A stretch of 64,000 bases of DNA from Phoronis australis (lineage: Eukaryota; Animalia; Phoronida), in the NCBI GenBank assembly GCA_002633005.1, contig NMRA01000347.1:62001-126000 (forward strand). Reading direction: 5' to 3'. Shown piece after piece: positions 1-12,437 of the stretch. The notes beneath the pieces are model-generated. The model did not search any database, was not told where the DNA came from, and worked only from the letters and a program-made list of their open reading frames with translations. Made by a program: the position numbers and the translations under genes. The first letter of the stretch is position 1, and every line of letters starts with the position of its first letter.

Positions 1-520
1 CTCGTTTCACGCGCATCGAAAGTAGGTCATGTTCACTCTTCTCAGTGACAAAGGACACTCCTAAAGCATACTGTGGAATTGTCTCTGTTAATACCATTGT
101 GATGCTTTTAGGGAATATCAAGAGACAATTCTCTAGTGTGAAGTGTTGAACTGAGCCAGATCTAACTACAATTCTCCACTCATTTTTCACAAAAATTCTT
201 GCCAAAATGGCCGTTTTTTCCATTTTTTGTTAGCTAATTACCTTGTTTCAAATAAGAAAGAATTCAGCAAATGTCATTTTATGAATCTGAACACTATCAA
301 CCATGCTTGTAATAGACTAACCCGTTCTTAATCTTTATTTTGTGCAGAAATTAACAAAGATAGAATGATTTCACTTATTGGTCATATTGTGTGCTAAATG
401 AGTAAGGCTTTACCATGTGTGAGTACATATGTCCACTGTGCCTGAACTGTGCCTGAACTGTGCCTCACTTTGATCTTTAACTATCATGGCTGTCATCATC
501 ATTATCATCATTCCCCTCAG

Positions 521-3500
521 GTATGGTGTCAGTCTCGTCGCGGTGAGAAAAGAGTCACCCAATGCCCACATTCAGCTCAACCCTGGCCCCCGGCACATCA
601 TGCGAGCCAGCGATACATGCTTCTACATGAGTATCACTAAGGAAGAGAACTCCGCCTTCATCCTTGCTCACCCTAACAACGAGAAAGAACAGTCCAGAAC
701 AGAAAGGCTACGCGCCTCAATACGACGATCTGCAGCCAATAATGGAGACACAAAATCAAAGGCTGTGGTGGCCAGTATGATAGCTGGTGTAGGTATGTTG
801 GTAGTCATGGACTTACTGTGTCTTGAGTTCACAGGTTATGCCCAATAACAGTAACATAACTCCATTAAGTTATTTTGACCTTATAAATGTTGATTTCCCA
901 GAGTGGCAAATATTTTCATACAAAAGGCTCGAAGGTCAGGGGCTCTGAATCACATGTGGCTAATATACATTCCCTTCATTCTAGTTTACTGGGAGTGTCA
1001 GTAGACTTGTTTGTATATTGTAGGCTTTCCTGCTATTTCCAGTACTATCCTCTCTTTCTGCCAGCAGTGTGTCCCTCTTCACTCCCATTTCTCCTTACCT
1101 ACATATTTCCTTCCCAGCTCTCCTTATTGTCAAGCTCTGCTAAGTGTTGCTTTTTTTCAATGCTTGTGGTTCATAATTGGCAGATGCTTCATCCTTACTG
1201 TATCATGTTTGTCAGGTACGTTAGCCTTGGAACTTCAACATACTCGCTCCCAAGAGAATATTCCAACAGAGCAAGCAGACGGTAGCAGTTCTGCTAGTGA
1301 ACTGCCTAAACAACAGGTGGAGCTGCCCAAAGGTGAGTCAGATGGGTTGAAAGTAGACACAGTTGCAGATTAAACTATGTGAACAATGGTTTCCTGTTCT
1401 GTCTGAAGCAGGCTCTTCATTGAGGTATAAGGTCTCAGCTTTGTAGTTTTTTGCAATATGTTCGAAAGCATTCAGTATCTGAGAGACTCTTTGATATTTG
1501 TTTGTGTGCGTGGAAATATATAGATCACAAACATTTTAAAGGCTGGTCTGCACGTCATTGGTCCAGATGGTTCAATGGATTATAGCGATTACAGTTAGTA
1601 GAAGGACCTGCACTCGAGTCTCAGATAGGGCAAAAATCTTTTCAGATTTATGGTCATTAGGTCACGTGGCCAACAGGTGGCATGCAGATCAGACTTAAAA
1701 ATGCCTGTGAGTGAGTGTTTTTTTTACTCAGTTTTGTCTCTTCTAGTGACAGTTCAATCAAATTGTTCAGTAAGATTTTACATTCTTTAGACAATGTCCA
1801 AGGGTGATGTAGAGCACGTGATATTCATCCTACTCTGTGACTCTGTTGTGTGACTCTGTTGTGTGACTCTGTTGTGTGACTCTGTTGTGTGACTCTGTTG
1901 TGCGACTCTGTTGTGTGACTCTGTTTTGTGACTCTGTTGTGTGACTCTGTTTTGTGACTCTGTTGTGCGACTGTTGTGTGACTCTGTTGTGTGACTCAAT
2001 TGTGTTAATTCTGGTTTGTGTTTGCCCAGGTCTAACCATAGCCAGCCTGAACAAACGGCCCAGTATCGCCCCTGTCCCCGCTCTCCTGCAGTTTCTGGAG
2101 TCTGAGAACATTGCAATCATGGTGGAAGACTCGCATACCATGGAGGATAGTGAAACTGATGACGTTACCGACGGCGATATGGCATGGGACGAATCACAGG
2201 AAGAGTAGGTTTTACTTTGGAGTAACACCAAAGCGTTATTCCTATTTTTTTACTTTGAATTTAAGTATTGTAACAAATTAATACATTTTTATAATAAGCG
2301 CTTAAAGGTGACTGACGAAAGAAAACTGCATGAAAATCTTAGTTGCAGTTTCTATGAGCTGAAGAATTTCTCGAGTTGACTGTTCTGGTCACCAGTCACT
2401 GATGGTTGATACACACTCAGTAAGCTGCACTGATTCTCGGGAGGCAATTTTACATCATCGTTGTACATGCTAATTTAGTTTTTATGTATTAATTGCATAC
2501 AATGTATTGAACATTTCGTTGTTTCATTTTGATGATCCATTGTTGCGAAAAGGATGAATTTTATTGTATTTTATGCTGTTGACACTCTATGACATAACCG
2601 TCGACTACTACATGCAGTGTATGTTAATGTATTACTTCTTTCCAGTTATGTAAGTGGTTTCCCTCCCATCTTTCCATACATCGGTACAAGCAAGACCCTG
2701 TGTCACCTGTTGAAGATTAAAAGACCTCTGTGTTGCCTTGAACTATCCATGGTGAGTGTTGGTCACAAACACAGCTAGACTGCTGAGATAAAAGGTATCC
2801 AGGCTATCTGTGATGGAGATGGACTGTGGATGGGATTAATGCAGCAGCATATGATCCTATACGTGATGGGTAAACAGGTATCCACGACGAAGACTGAGGT
2901 AATATGAGTTGAAGACGTGTTTGTGCAATGCTCAAGTAACTAGCAGTAATGCCATGATTTGAATGCAGTTCTCTCTAATGAGAGTGCAAAGCTCTGATCT
3001 CTGACCCATGGTCTCCTTTGGTACTGTCATATGGTGGGCTCTTGGAGTGATTTTTTCCTGGTGCATAGCAGAGTTTGAACCTGTCGAAAGCCCGTTCACA
3101 AATGTCCTGAAATCCAAGGTACTTTTCGCTACTGGGATCGAATACTTTCAGATCCAAGAGAAGTTCTATGAGAAGACTCAAAGCATGGCTACGGCCTCAC
3201 CACTGGGGGGCATGGCTATGGCCTCACCACTGGGGGGGCATGGCTATGGCCTCACCACTGGGGGGGGCATGGCTATGGCCTCGCCACTGGGGGGCATGGC
3301 TATGGCCTCACCACTGGGGGGCATGGCTACGGCCTCACCACTGGGGGGGCATGGCTATGGCCTCACCACTGGGGGGCATGGCTATGGCCTCGCCACTGGG
3401 GGGCATGGCTACGGCTTCACCACTGGGGGGGCATGGCTATGGCATCGTCACTGTCACCAGTCTTGGCTACGTAATCTGTACATGGAATGTTTTAAGCAAC

Positions 3501-6500
3501 CAGCGCCCAGCTCAGCCAGGAAGCCCTTATAAAATGTGGAAACATTATGTGGGTGACATATTCTCAAACTACAGCCGCTACCTGAATTACCTAGTAGCAG
3601 TCCTTAACCAAATGAACAGCATAACTTCGACAATAATATCCATAAAAAAATTTTCAACAGTCCGCCATTCATTGATGTACTGGCAACCATTCACCAGGAA
3701 AAAATGAAAATGCAATCCATGTGCCCACCAGAGTCACCTGCTAGGTTTTCTAAGCATGCTCTGTACCTGAAGATGGTTTGAGCATTGACTGACTGAAGCG
3801 TTGTGTCAAAGCAAGTAGGCTAGAGGTTGGTGCAAATAGACCATTAGGTTTTAGAAATCCTGTGACAGAAACTTGTAATCTCTCAATTGGAAAGCAAAAA
3901 TTTATACTAGATATGTCTTTACCTTGTCTGTGATACTCATGTGATCCAAAATTATCCAGATTATTGAATACTGTGGCGCCTTAGTTTTTAAAACATTGTC
4001 CCTATGTGAGTTTTGTTCATGAAGAATTAATTGTCTCCCCTTAATTATCTCCCCTTGCAGACGTGTGAACACTGTGGGTTCTGCAGCGCCATTGACTACA
4101 ACTGGTCAAACAAAGTGGTCATTCTGGCCTCAGACTCGGCCAGTAATGGACTGTACAACTTCATTGTACCTCTGCGGTCACATTGTCGCCCGAAGGCCTC
4201 ACTCAATCCCATAGTGCTCTTGTTGGAGAGAAGGTGAGAATACAACAGTCGATCTGTAAGAGAATTGTTTAATCTCTTGTTGTCCTGTGTTGATGCAAAC
4301 TTATTAAGGGAGAAACAGTTTGTGACATGGGACAATTGTTCATTAAGACAATGGTCACCTTTGTTACTAAGGATCAATAAGTAACTTCTGATGTATTAAT
4401 TGTAGACCCATAAAACTATACGTTTCCAAAATCCAACCTTAATTTTCAACCAGAACAGGTATTGCATCAACTTTATACAGATACAGGGTGATAAAAGCTT
4501 CTGGTAGCCAATTTGAAATTCCAGAGAGAATTCTTAGGAACTCATTATGATGATTTTGCAAACTTACATGAGAGTGTGTTCTTTCATTTGAAAGTGGTCA
4601 GTTGGGACTTGGAGGGGGTTACCAGTCTACATAGTTGCTTAGAATTGTGCAGACAGTTGAAAATCATGGATGTCATTCACACACAATAGGCCTTTTGAAA
4701 TTGGCATACAACTTCATTGAAACAGTTTTTGTGAGCCCTGCCCTTACTATCGCTATACAACTGTCCCAGTTGGACTGTGTACCTATCCACAGCTAAACAA
4801 AAGGTATCTGGTCCTATCTGCAAATGTAATTGTTTTATTACCCCATGTGGATCATTGAATAGCCAAGCCCAGAATGAAACCATGCAGAATATATACTGCT
4901 GCGAAATTAAAGCTTGCATAAAATTGGTTGTTATAAAATTGGTTGTTACATGTTACGTGTTATTCACTTCCTGTTTGCTATTTTCAGGCCAGAGTTGATT
5001 TTCCTAGAGACCATGTCTTTCTTCCCGATGGTCTATTGGATGATTGGCAAGATCGACTGGTAATGAATCATCTCCATTTGTGAGGAGGCAGTGTGGCCTA
5101 GTGTGATAGGTGTCCACCTTCTTTTCTGGAGGTCGTGGGTTCGAGTCTCGCTGGGCCACACTGCTAGACCCTTGAGTCAGGTTTCTAGCTCCTCAGCTTG
5201 GTTTTAACTATATATTAATAAAGCACAAAAATATTTCCAGGTGATCAGTGCAATGGGCCCACATGCACTGCCTGTGCACGTCTAGTGCAACGTGTACCAG
5301 ACTGCCTGCAATTATTTTAAAACTGTATCAACATTAATTTTGTACTTGCAAATTAGGATTATAATGACATATTGTACATTTAATTTGAAGAAAATTATGA
5401 CTATTTCTAAGGATATATTCAATTATAGCACTCCTTGAAAATCATTCGGTGTTTATTATTTTTCTGAAATTTTCTGCTTTTTCGTATACAGCCGCAACAA
5501 ATTTATTTAATTTGTACATTTAAAAAATTAATTACTTAGGTCCGGTAACATTGCCACTAAAACGTAACTTGTGTTTTCCTCCTGCAGTCTGGATGACTTG
5601 CTACGTTCAGGCATCAGTTTTGCCGACAATATCGTGGTGGTGAACAAGGAGGTGTCCAACTGTGAAGAGGAGGATTACCTGGCTGACTGTAACACCATTG
5701 TGGCCGTACAGACCATCTTCAGGTAAGGGCAGCTTTAAGGGAAGGCATGTCAACCTTTCTGTGGCTAGCATTTTGTCTTTTGAAGTCGTTAATGGGATAC
5801 GCAACACAATTTTGATGATAATTTCACATGGTATGGCACTGTAGCACCCCCTGTTGGAGGCAATGTATCACCCAAATTGTTCCATCTCCTGCTATAGCAC
5901 AGTAGCACCCCTTGTTAGAGATGGAATTTCAGCGAAGTTTTTTTGTCACATGCCATTGCACAGTAGTCACGGTTAAATTCACCACAGACTTTACAAATTT
6001 CATTGTTGACCCATACCGGCAGTATGGTTGAATTGCTTAATTCCTCAGTTACTTGCTGCTCAGGTCATTACGGCATTTTCCAGTTGCTCCCAACTTGTAC
6101 GATTTTATAGCCCAACAACAAGTTTGGAAGTTTACCCCTGTAGCCAATATCTTACATGACTGATTAACTCCATTCTGGCATATATGGGTGGAGAGCCAGC
6201 TCTCTTTTGTTCGATAATTGCTTTAATCTCCAATAACATCGTATCTACCATGACTGGGCTGTGCTGTTAAAAAGAAAAGTTAAGTTATAACATATTTGAA
6301 CATAAATCAGTAGTATTTCTGAAATCTTCGTCAACTGGTGATCATGTTTAGTTTTTGAATCGCCAAAATCGCCCAATTGCAACTGAAGTGACGACAACCT
6401 ATTCTTTCCGAATACACCAATTCACTCTGAGTTTGACTGTGTTCACACGTGGTCTGTAATAAGCCTGGTAGATAAGTGGCCTGCGTTTTGTCATAGCAGA

Positions 6501-9500
6501 CAAAAGAGCGTGCTTGACAGTTAACAAAGAAGCTAGATGTTATCATACGCTCAGAACCCCCTCTGTCTGGTGAAGTCACTGAACGGGAAAGCGCTGTCAT
6601 GTCACTTCAGTGGCCTGACCAATATGTATGCCATGTACCGTGAGCAGCAGCAACTAAATGCAACACTCTGTACGGTAGTATTTCACAGATTAAACATTAT
6701 TGTTGATATATACTGACCAGAAACTAGATTTGCCATAATTCGCAAGTTTCAGTGTTCAAGGCTCAATTTACCTCTTTTAAGCTTGCACTCCATCAGATCG
6801 ACAATAGTTTAAAACAGTGACCAGTATGGGCAACAGATGACAGACATTACAGTTGATATTGGCCATGTTTACACAGTCACCTGTAACCGTCTATATTTAT
6901 TGCTATTTTCAGACTATTTCCCAGTGCCAATATTATCACAGAGCTGTCACAATCAACCAACATGCGCTTTATGCAGTTCCGAGCCAAAGACCGTTACGCT
7001 CTTCAGCTGTCGAAGGTAGAAAAGAAGGAAAAAGAACGCGGCTCACATATCTCTTACATGTTCAGACTTCCCTTCGCTGCTGGTAATGTGTTCAGTGCTA
7101 GCATGCTGGATACTCTATTGTATCAGGTGAGTGAAGCGCAAGCGCCATCTGTGGGCCAATAGTTGAAATGGGTTTTACTACCCCTGTAAAGCTGTGATGA
7201 ATTTTGACACACGCCAGAGGCTGACGTGGATGAATGTTTATTTCATGAGCCATTCTCTTGTTCAGCTAGTGGTTCACTCTGAAATGGTAATTAGCATACT
7301 GATAGTCAATAGTTACAGTTAGGTTTGGGACTGAGAGTCATCACTGAGTGAATTTAATCTGATTTGACCTGCTGCCTTTCAGTTAGCGGTATCTTCTTTG
7401 ACAGCAGAGCTGTGGAACGTATTTAATGGAATTGTGTCCATGAGCTAGCTTTTTTGCAGTTTCATGTACTTAAGCTTGTACTTCTCAATTTGACGTCAAT
7501 GATGTCATCGTCTTGGTTCTTTAGAGCGCAGACACTTTTCTCCTTTCTTTTCAGGCCTTTGTGAAGCCTTATCTTATAACATTTGTCAGACTCCTCCTGG
7601 GTATTGACCAAGCTGTAGGGTCTGGCCACCTGGCGTGCGTGAGTACATTGTTCTCTGTCTTTCACTTACTTGACAGGAAATTGTTCCAGTATGCATGGAC
7701 TGGTTTAAAGCATTGACTTTTCCATGCTTAAAATTCTCGACATGCACAGTTGGAAGGATGGGTAATTGTGTTTTTCCAGGAATTCTCATATATTTGTTAG
7801 CTTGTAGTGTATTTTCTACATAACAAAATTATTTTTGCTCAAATATTTTACACAAATTCCTAGGCGTTTTCTAAACTTCAGCCTGACAGAAAATGGCGGA
7901 TATCTCTTGTGCATTCACATGTCTTAAACTGTTGCATTTATTTTGTATGTCTTCTATGCACTGTTATTACTAGTTTTCTATTTAAGTTTGAAAGCATCAG
8001 TACTTAGTGTTATGCAAGAGATAACTTTCACCAACTTGCTCCTTAGATTTTACAGAATGTTTCTCATATTTGTACATATGCCTCAACTCAGACTAAGTTT
8101 CATGTAGCATCAACTGCAGTGCATTTACCTGTAGCCGTCTTTTACACAAACACATGTGACGTGGTGCAAGTTGTCACAGCGTGAGTTGCTGGATCAACAC
8201 AAAAGTGAGTGAGTTGAACAAAGACAGTCCGCACATGTTCGTATTAACAAAATTATGGCAAATGTCCAAAATAATGCGATCGCCATATGTTTGTCATTGC
8301 GCGAGCAGACTAAAATATGACACTGGAGCAACTGATCGAATGTAACTTGACTGTTCTACCTCTACTGGTGACAAAAATGGCCGACACAGTGTCAGTTTGT
8401 TCCGTGTCAGCTGCTTCATGTCAAGTGCGCCTCATAAAAATGCAACTTATATGCGTGTGCACCTAATTGCATGCATATGTGCAGCAGTGCTGCCAACTCT
8501 GACCTTGACTGCATCAGTAGCCACTGCAAGTCATCACATTATGCTAATACATTGTTCCATCTTCAGATGAAGATAACTAAAGATGACATGTGGATTCGCA
8601 CATACGGCCGTCTGTACCAGAAGCTCTGCTCAACCACGTGTGAGGTCCCTATTGGAATCTACAGAACATTTGCTCAACTTCACTCTTCCGAATCTCAGGT
8701 ATAAAGTCATGCAGCATGTGCTTAATTGCATTTAGTTTCAGTTAGGAAGTGCAACCCGAGCTGCGTACAGTACAAGACAAAGTTGTCATACGGAATGTTG
8801 TTTTCCCGTCATGGAGGCGAATTCTGTGAACAGCAAAAATGACTGAAAATACTAGACTGTTTATTTGATCAATATAAAATTGAACAAAAAGTGATACAAT
8901 TACTGCTTACAAATCGATAACGTTATTACTAATCGATAACGTTACTTATTACAATTCGATAACGTTATTTCTGTTTGGGCAGCAAACGTCTAATTACAGA
9001 ATAGCGTAGCCATCTTGCTAACTTTCTTTTTAATTCCTCTTCATTCTCAGTCATCAGGGGAGACTGCTCCGGGTAATTTTGTCTGAGTACTTTTGGCTTG
9101 TACTGTTTCTGTTACATTATGCAGTCAGGTGCAGATGATGTCATTTTCAAACGTTAAATACGATGAAAGTGATTGCCTTTGCAAGCTCACTGCACTGTTA
9201 AAATTGTTCAAACTTTCGTCGTGTGACAGTTGTACAGTATAAAGTCAAGAAACAATAATATGAAATTTTCTTACTCTTTATTTTTTTTAAGTTTCCATAA
9301 AGTACGTTTCTCTGTTCTGCCATATTGTGCATTTAGCCACTTCCTGTCTGGCAAAGGTGGTTTGCCTTTTCGTTCCTGTTTGACATTTTATTGTAGTTTT
9401 CTTTGTGATTCTTCATTGTACCAAGTCGAGGAGAACAAAACCTTGCGCACACTGTTGTCACGTCTTCAATTTGTTTTCATCGAAAATCTCGTGCAAATAT

Positions 9501-12289
9501 TTCGCTAAATCGCCGTTCTTAATTACCACACAACACAATAACTCAGGGCTTGGAATTTTCCGCGGAAACGCGGATTTCCGCTTTTTTCAAATGTTCTGTC
9601 CACGCATTTTATTATATTTCCGCGTAAAAAAAATCGGATTTGATGTAAAATATCCTTGGCAAATTCCTTTCTTACCGCGGCGTTGCAGACGACGTTCACC
9701 TCGAAAAGCGGAAGTTTCTCTTTATGTTTCGGATGAACGTAAATTGTTAACATTGGCGGGGCATCTGGGATAGCGTGGTGGGATTTTCAATGGCGTCTCG
9801 TGTTGTTGTAAACCGCGGCGACAAATACTGCGGCTCTGCAGCCAAAAATGTGTGGGTTGGGAGTGGACGGACGAGCTAAAAGGGCGCAGATGCATGCTAC
9901 TGATGGTGGTAACGTTTTTTTTTATAGTCCTCCCGATTTTTGTTGGGGGGAAGGACAGGTTGACATCGACCATTTCAAGGCTGGGTAGCGCGCATGATTT
10001 GGGCCATAAAAGTTTCCGCATTTTTTGTCAGTGGTCATTCCAAGCCCTGATAACTTAAACAGTCAAATTGTAGGCAGCTTCAGAGGGATTTCTGGCTGTT
10101 TTTGAAATCTGCTTAATGTCGTCTCATATCGTATTTGTGTGATCATATTTGCCAGTTGTCTCTAAACGTACATATGGACGAGGAACAGCTCAGCGCATCG
10201 TTAACTGAAGAACGTAAAGAAATAAGTCAAATGGTGCGCTGTCGCATGTCCACACTCGGCCTGTCTGCAGATGACTATGGTGAGCTCTGTTCTCTGTTGT
10301 CCACTAGGTGTCTTTCCGCCAGAGAACATAGTACCTTGGGTGATTGAGGTTCTTAGATCACTAGAATTTTAACATGACGCTTTTACAATGTGAGCCATCT
10401 TTTTGTTATCAGCTAACAAAAATGACTGCAGATACAATTCTTCCTCTGTTAATTAATTAATTATTATATGTCTTTCTTAAATTTTGAAGTAAGTCATCAG
10501 TTCAAGAACATTGCACAACAGAACATCTGTTGAATATTCTTCCAGTCAAACTCTGATGGCCTGTTATTGTAGTTACATTAAAGTCTATGTTGAAGACACA
10601 TTCTCTGGTTGATTTACTAGTGAATGAAACATGCTCTGCGCACAAGTGTTGTGACTTATGTACTACAAAATAATATGTTATAAAATAATAGCGGTTATTG
10701 TTATTTCAGATGATGTCAGTGGTAAACGAAACACAATTTCCTATGTGATCATCAATCCAAGCTACGATCTCAAATTGGAAGAAGGTGATATCGTGTAAGT
10801 TCATTGGTGCCATACACTGCAGCACCATCTGTTGGAGCTGTATCACCTCTACTGTAGCACCATCTGTTGGTGCTGTATCACCTCTACTGCAGCACCATCT
10901 GTTGGTGCTGTGTCACCTCTACTGCAGCACCATCTGTTGGTGCTGTATCACCTCTACATGCTGCTAGATCATGACTAATATTCTGCCTCTAAAATATTTA
11001 TGCACGTGCTTAAAATGTTACTTGTTTGTACAGTACTGTTTGTGAATATTGTATCGAATGGGCGACGTTCATATGTATAGAGGTCAACTGGGTGACAGGG
11101 CCAGAGACAACTGATGTGTGATCTGCAGTTCCCCTGGCATTCGGGAGTCGCCTCTTGCCTTGCTAGATGCCTCATTGGTGCCTGCTTATTAAGTTTGAAG
11201 CAGGAGTCTTGTTTTATGAAAGTGACCGAAACCTTATAACAGAAATTTGGTCTTACGCTCAGACTCTACATTTGTAGAATAAATGTTTAGACAAGTAATT
11301 ATGAGCGCATCACAGGCTAGAAATGATTGATAGAAATTATCTCATCAACTGGCAGTTATGTTACTGTTTGAGACCTTGCACATTTGTCCAAGTTAGATTT
11401 ATTTACTGTTAAAAATAGTTATGTGGAACATAAGACCAAATTTCTGCCATAAGTCTCAAGTCCCAAAACAGGCCTCAGGTATGTAGCTTTACTGTTGTTA
11501 ATATCAGTCCTCAGGTACATTGTATGTAGCTTTACTGTTGTTACTATCAGTCCTCAGGTACATTGTATGTAGTTTTACTGTTGTTACTATCAGTCCTCAG
11601 GTACATTGTATGTAGTTTTACTGTTGTTACTATCAGTCCTCAGGTACATTGTATGTAGTTTTACTGTTGTTACTATCAGTCCTCAGGTACATTGTATGTA
11701 GCTTTACTGTTGTTACTATCAGTCCTTTTCTATTGCAGATATCTCATCTCTCCAAGTTCCTTGTCCCCCGTGCCTTCACCAATGGTTGACAAGAGGAGAG
11801 CCCTGCAAGAGGACATTAGAGAGGACCCTGCAGGTGCCAACCCAGACGACCAGGAGGGGGCAGCTCAGCCTGGGTTCAGCACTCAGGTAGTTAGTCTGAT
11901 GCCCTGACCCGATGCTGGCATAGCAAAGTCAATGCAAAATTGGGTTTTGCAATATTTTCTCACTGATTTTTCCCTTTATGATGGGTGCGACCAATTTGGA
12001 TTGGTGTCCTGCGATAAAGAAGAACTACAAGTTAACTTGTCAGTTTTTTCTGAAGCAACGGCTTAATAAGTTGAGGCTTAAACTTTTAATTACAAAAAGT
12101 CAGACTGTAATTTGCTTCAGTTTTTCTTTTAAAGTATCCAGCAATAATGGTTGAATTTTGAGATTAAAGTTCATCAGTTTATCATGACTGTTATTTCAGG
12201 TGTCTCAAACAGATGGTGTCACTTGTGTGCAGCTGGAAGTGCCAGTGTTATCGTCCGCAGTAACGGGAGTTAGCGGGACGATTGTGTGA
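521..12289 (+). CDS. KCNT: Slo2/KCNT (Slack/Slick-type) potassium channel, 3' portion (RCK1 end, RCK2, C-tail); 5' exons lie upstream of the window
   Basis: Phase-consistent GT-AG exons: 521-792, 1216-1332, 2030-2204, 2646-2751, 4061-4233, 4988-5059, 5588-5722, 6913-7126, 7555-7638, 8567-8698, 10156-10279, 10710-10794, 11739-11886, 12200-12289 (stop TGA). Translation gives Slo2 hallmarks: [150 protein letters not shown]. Confidence 0.96.
1838..1997. repeat. Minisatellite, 13-bp unit (GACTCTGTTGTGT), ~12 copies
   Basis: Direct inspection; ends ~30 nt before the acceptor of exon 2030. Confidence 0.95.
3183..3443. repeat. G-rich minisatellite, ~27-29-bp unit (GCATGGCTATGGCCTCACCACTGGGGG), ~9 copies
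   Basis: Direct inspection; G-run length varies between units. Confidence 0.95.
5083..5318 (+). mobile_element. tRNA-derived SINE copy 1
   Basis: A-box-like TGGCCTAGTG and B-box GGTTCGAGTC, followed by a non-tRNA body (CACTGCTAGACCCTTGAGTC..TTCTAGCTCCTCAGC..GTGATCAGTGCA..CCTGCAATTATTTT) shared with the copy at 35563-35799. Confidence 0.8.
9544..10049. mobile_element. Non-autonomous hAT-like DNA transposon with 6-bp TSD
   Basis: Perfect TIR CAGGGCTTGGAAT...ATTCCAAGCCCTG flanked by direct repeat ATAACT (9538-9543 / 10050-10055). Confidence 0.88.
10816..10955. repeat. 35-bp tandem repeat, 4 copies
   Basis: ACTGCAGCACCATCTGTTGGTGCTGTATCACCTCT-like units at 10816, 10851, 10886, 10921. Confidence 0.95.
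11204..11475. mobile_element. Degenerate MITE (TGTTTTATGAAAGTGAC family, possibly Harbinger-like)
   Basis: Long imperfect inverted ends (AGAAATTTGGTCTTA / TAAGACCAAATTTCT); left end shared with 34929-35355. Confidence 0.6.
11473..11725. repeat. 43-bp tandem repeat, ~6 copies
   Basis: CCTCAGGTACATTGTATGTAG(C/T)TTTACTGTTGTTACTATCAGT at 11509, 11552, 11595, 11638, 11681, plus a partial first unit. Confidence 0.95.
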
Positions 12290-12437
12290 CAACGTTTTAC
12301 AAACATCCACAGTGACTGGAGGTTTTGAGACTATAGTCCAATCAAGTTTCACAACGTCACCAGTGACTCAGGAGGTTTTGAGATTATAGCCTGACAAATG
12401 TTTACAAACATCCACAGTGACTGGAGGTTTTGTGACA
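12288..12437. repeat. ~52-bp degenerate tandem repeat, 3 copies, at the start of the KCNT 3' UTR
   Basis: Repeated TTTACAAACATCCACAGTGACTGGAGGTTTTG. Confidence 0.8.

Noticed and set aside
1787-2231. Repetitive ORFs ([13 protein letters not shown]..) on the - strand
   Set aside because: They are translations of the 13-bp minisatellite plus the antisense of a KCNT exon.
3008-3707. 174- and 179-aa ORFs with GGMAMASPL / GHGYG repeats
   Set aside because: They arise from the G-rich minisatellite inside a KCNT intron; the frame shifts with G-run length and there is no splice or domain support.
5083-5160. Possible tRNA genes here and at 35725-35799
   Set aside because: A/B boxes are present, but there is no convincing cloverleaf, and both continue into a shared non-tRNA body, so they are SINE heads.
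9420-9508. Possible extra KCNT exon ([22 protein letters not shown]) in phase with the 22-nt microexon form
   Set aside because: The acceptor (AAG) and donor (GTGCAA) are weak and there is no similarity to Slo2 motifs; unsupported without transcripts.
10816-11725. CRISPR-like appearance of the 35- and 43-bp repeats
   Set aside because: Units are contiguous with no unique spacers, there are no cas genes, and the context is a eukaryotic intron.
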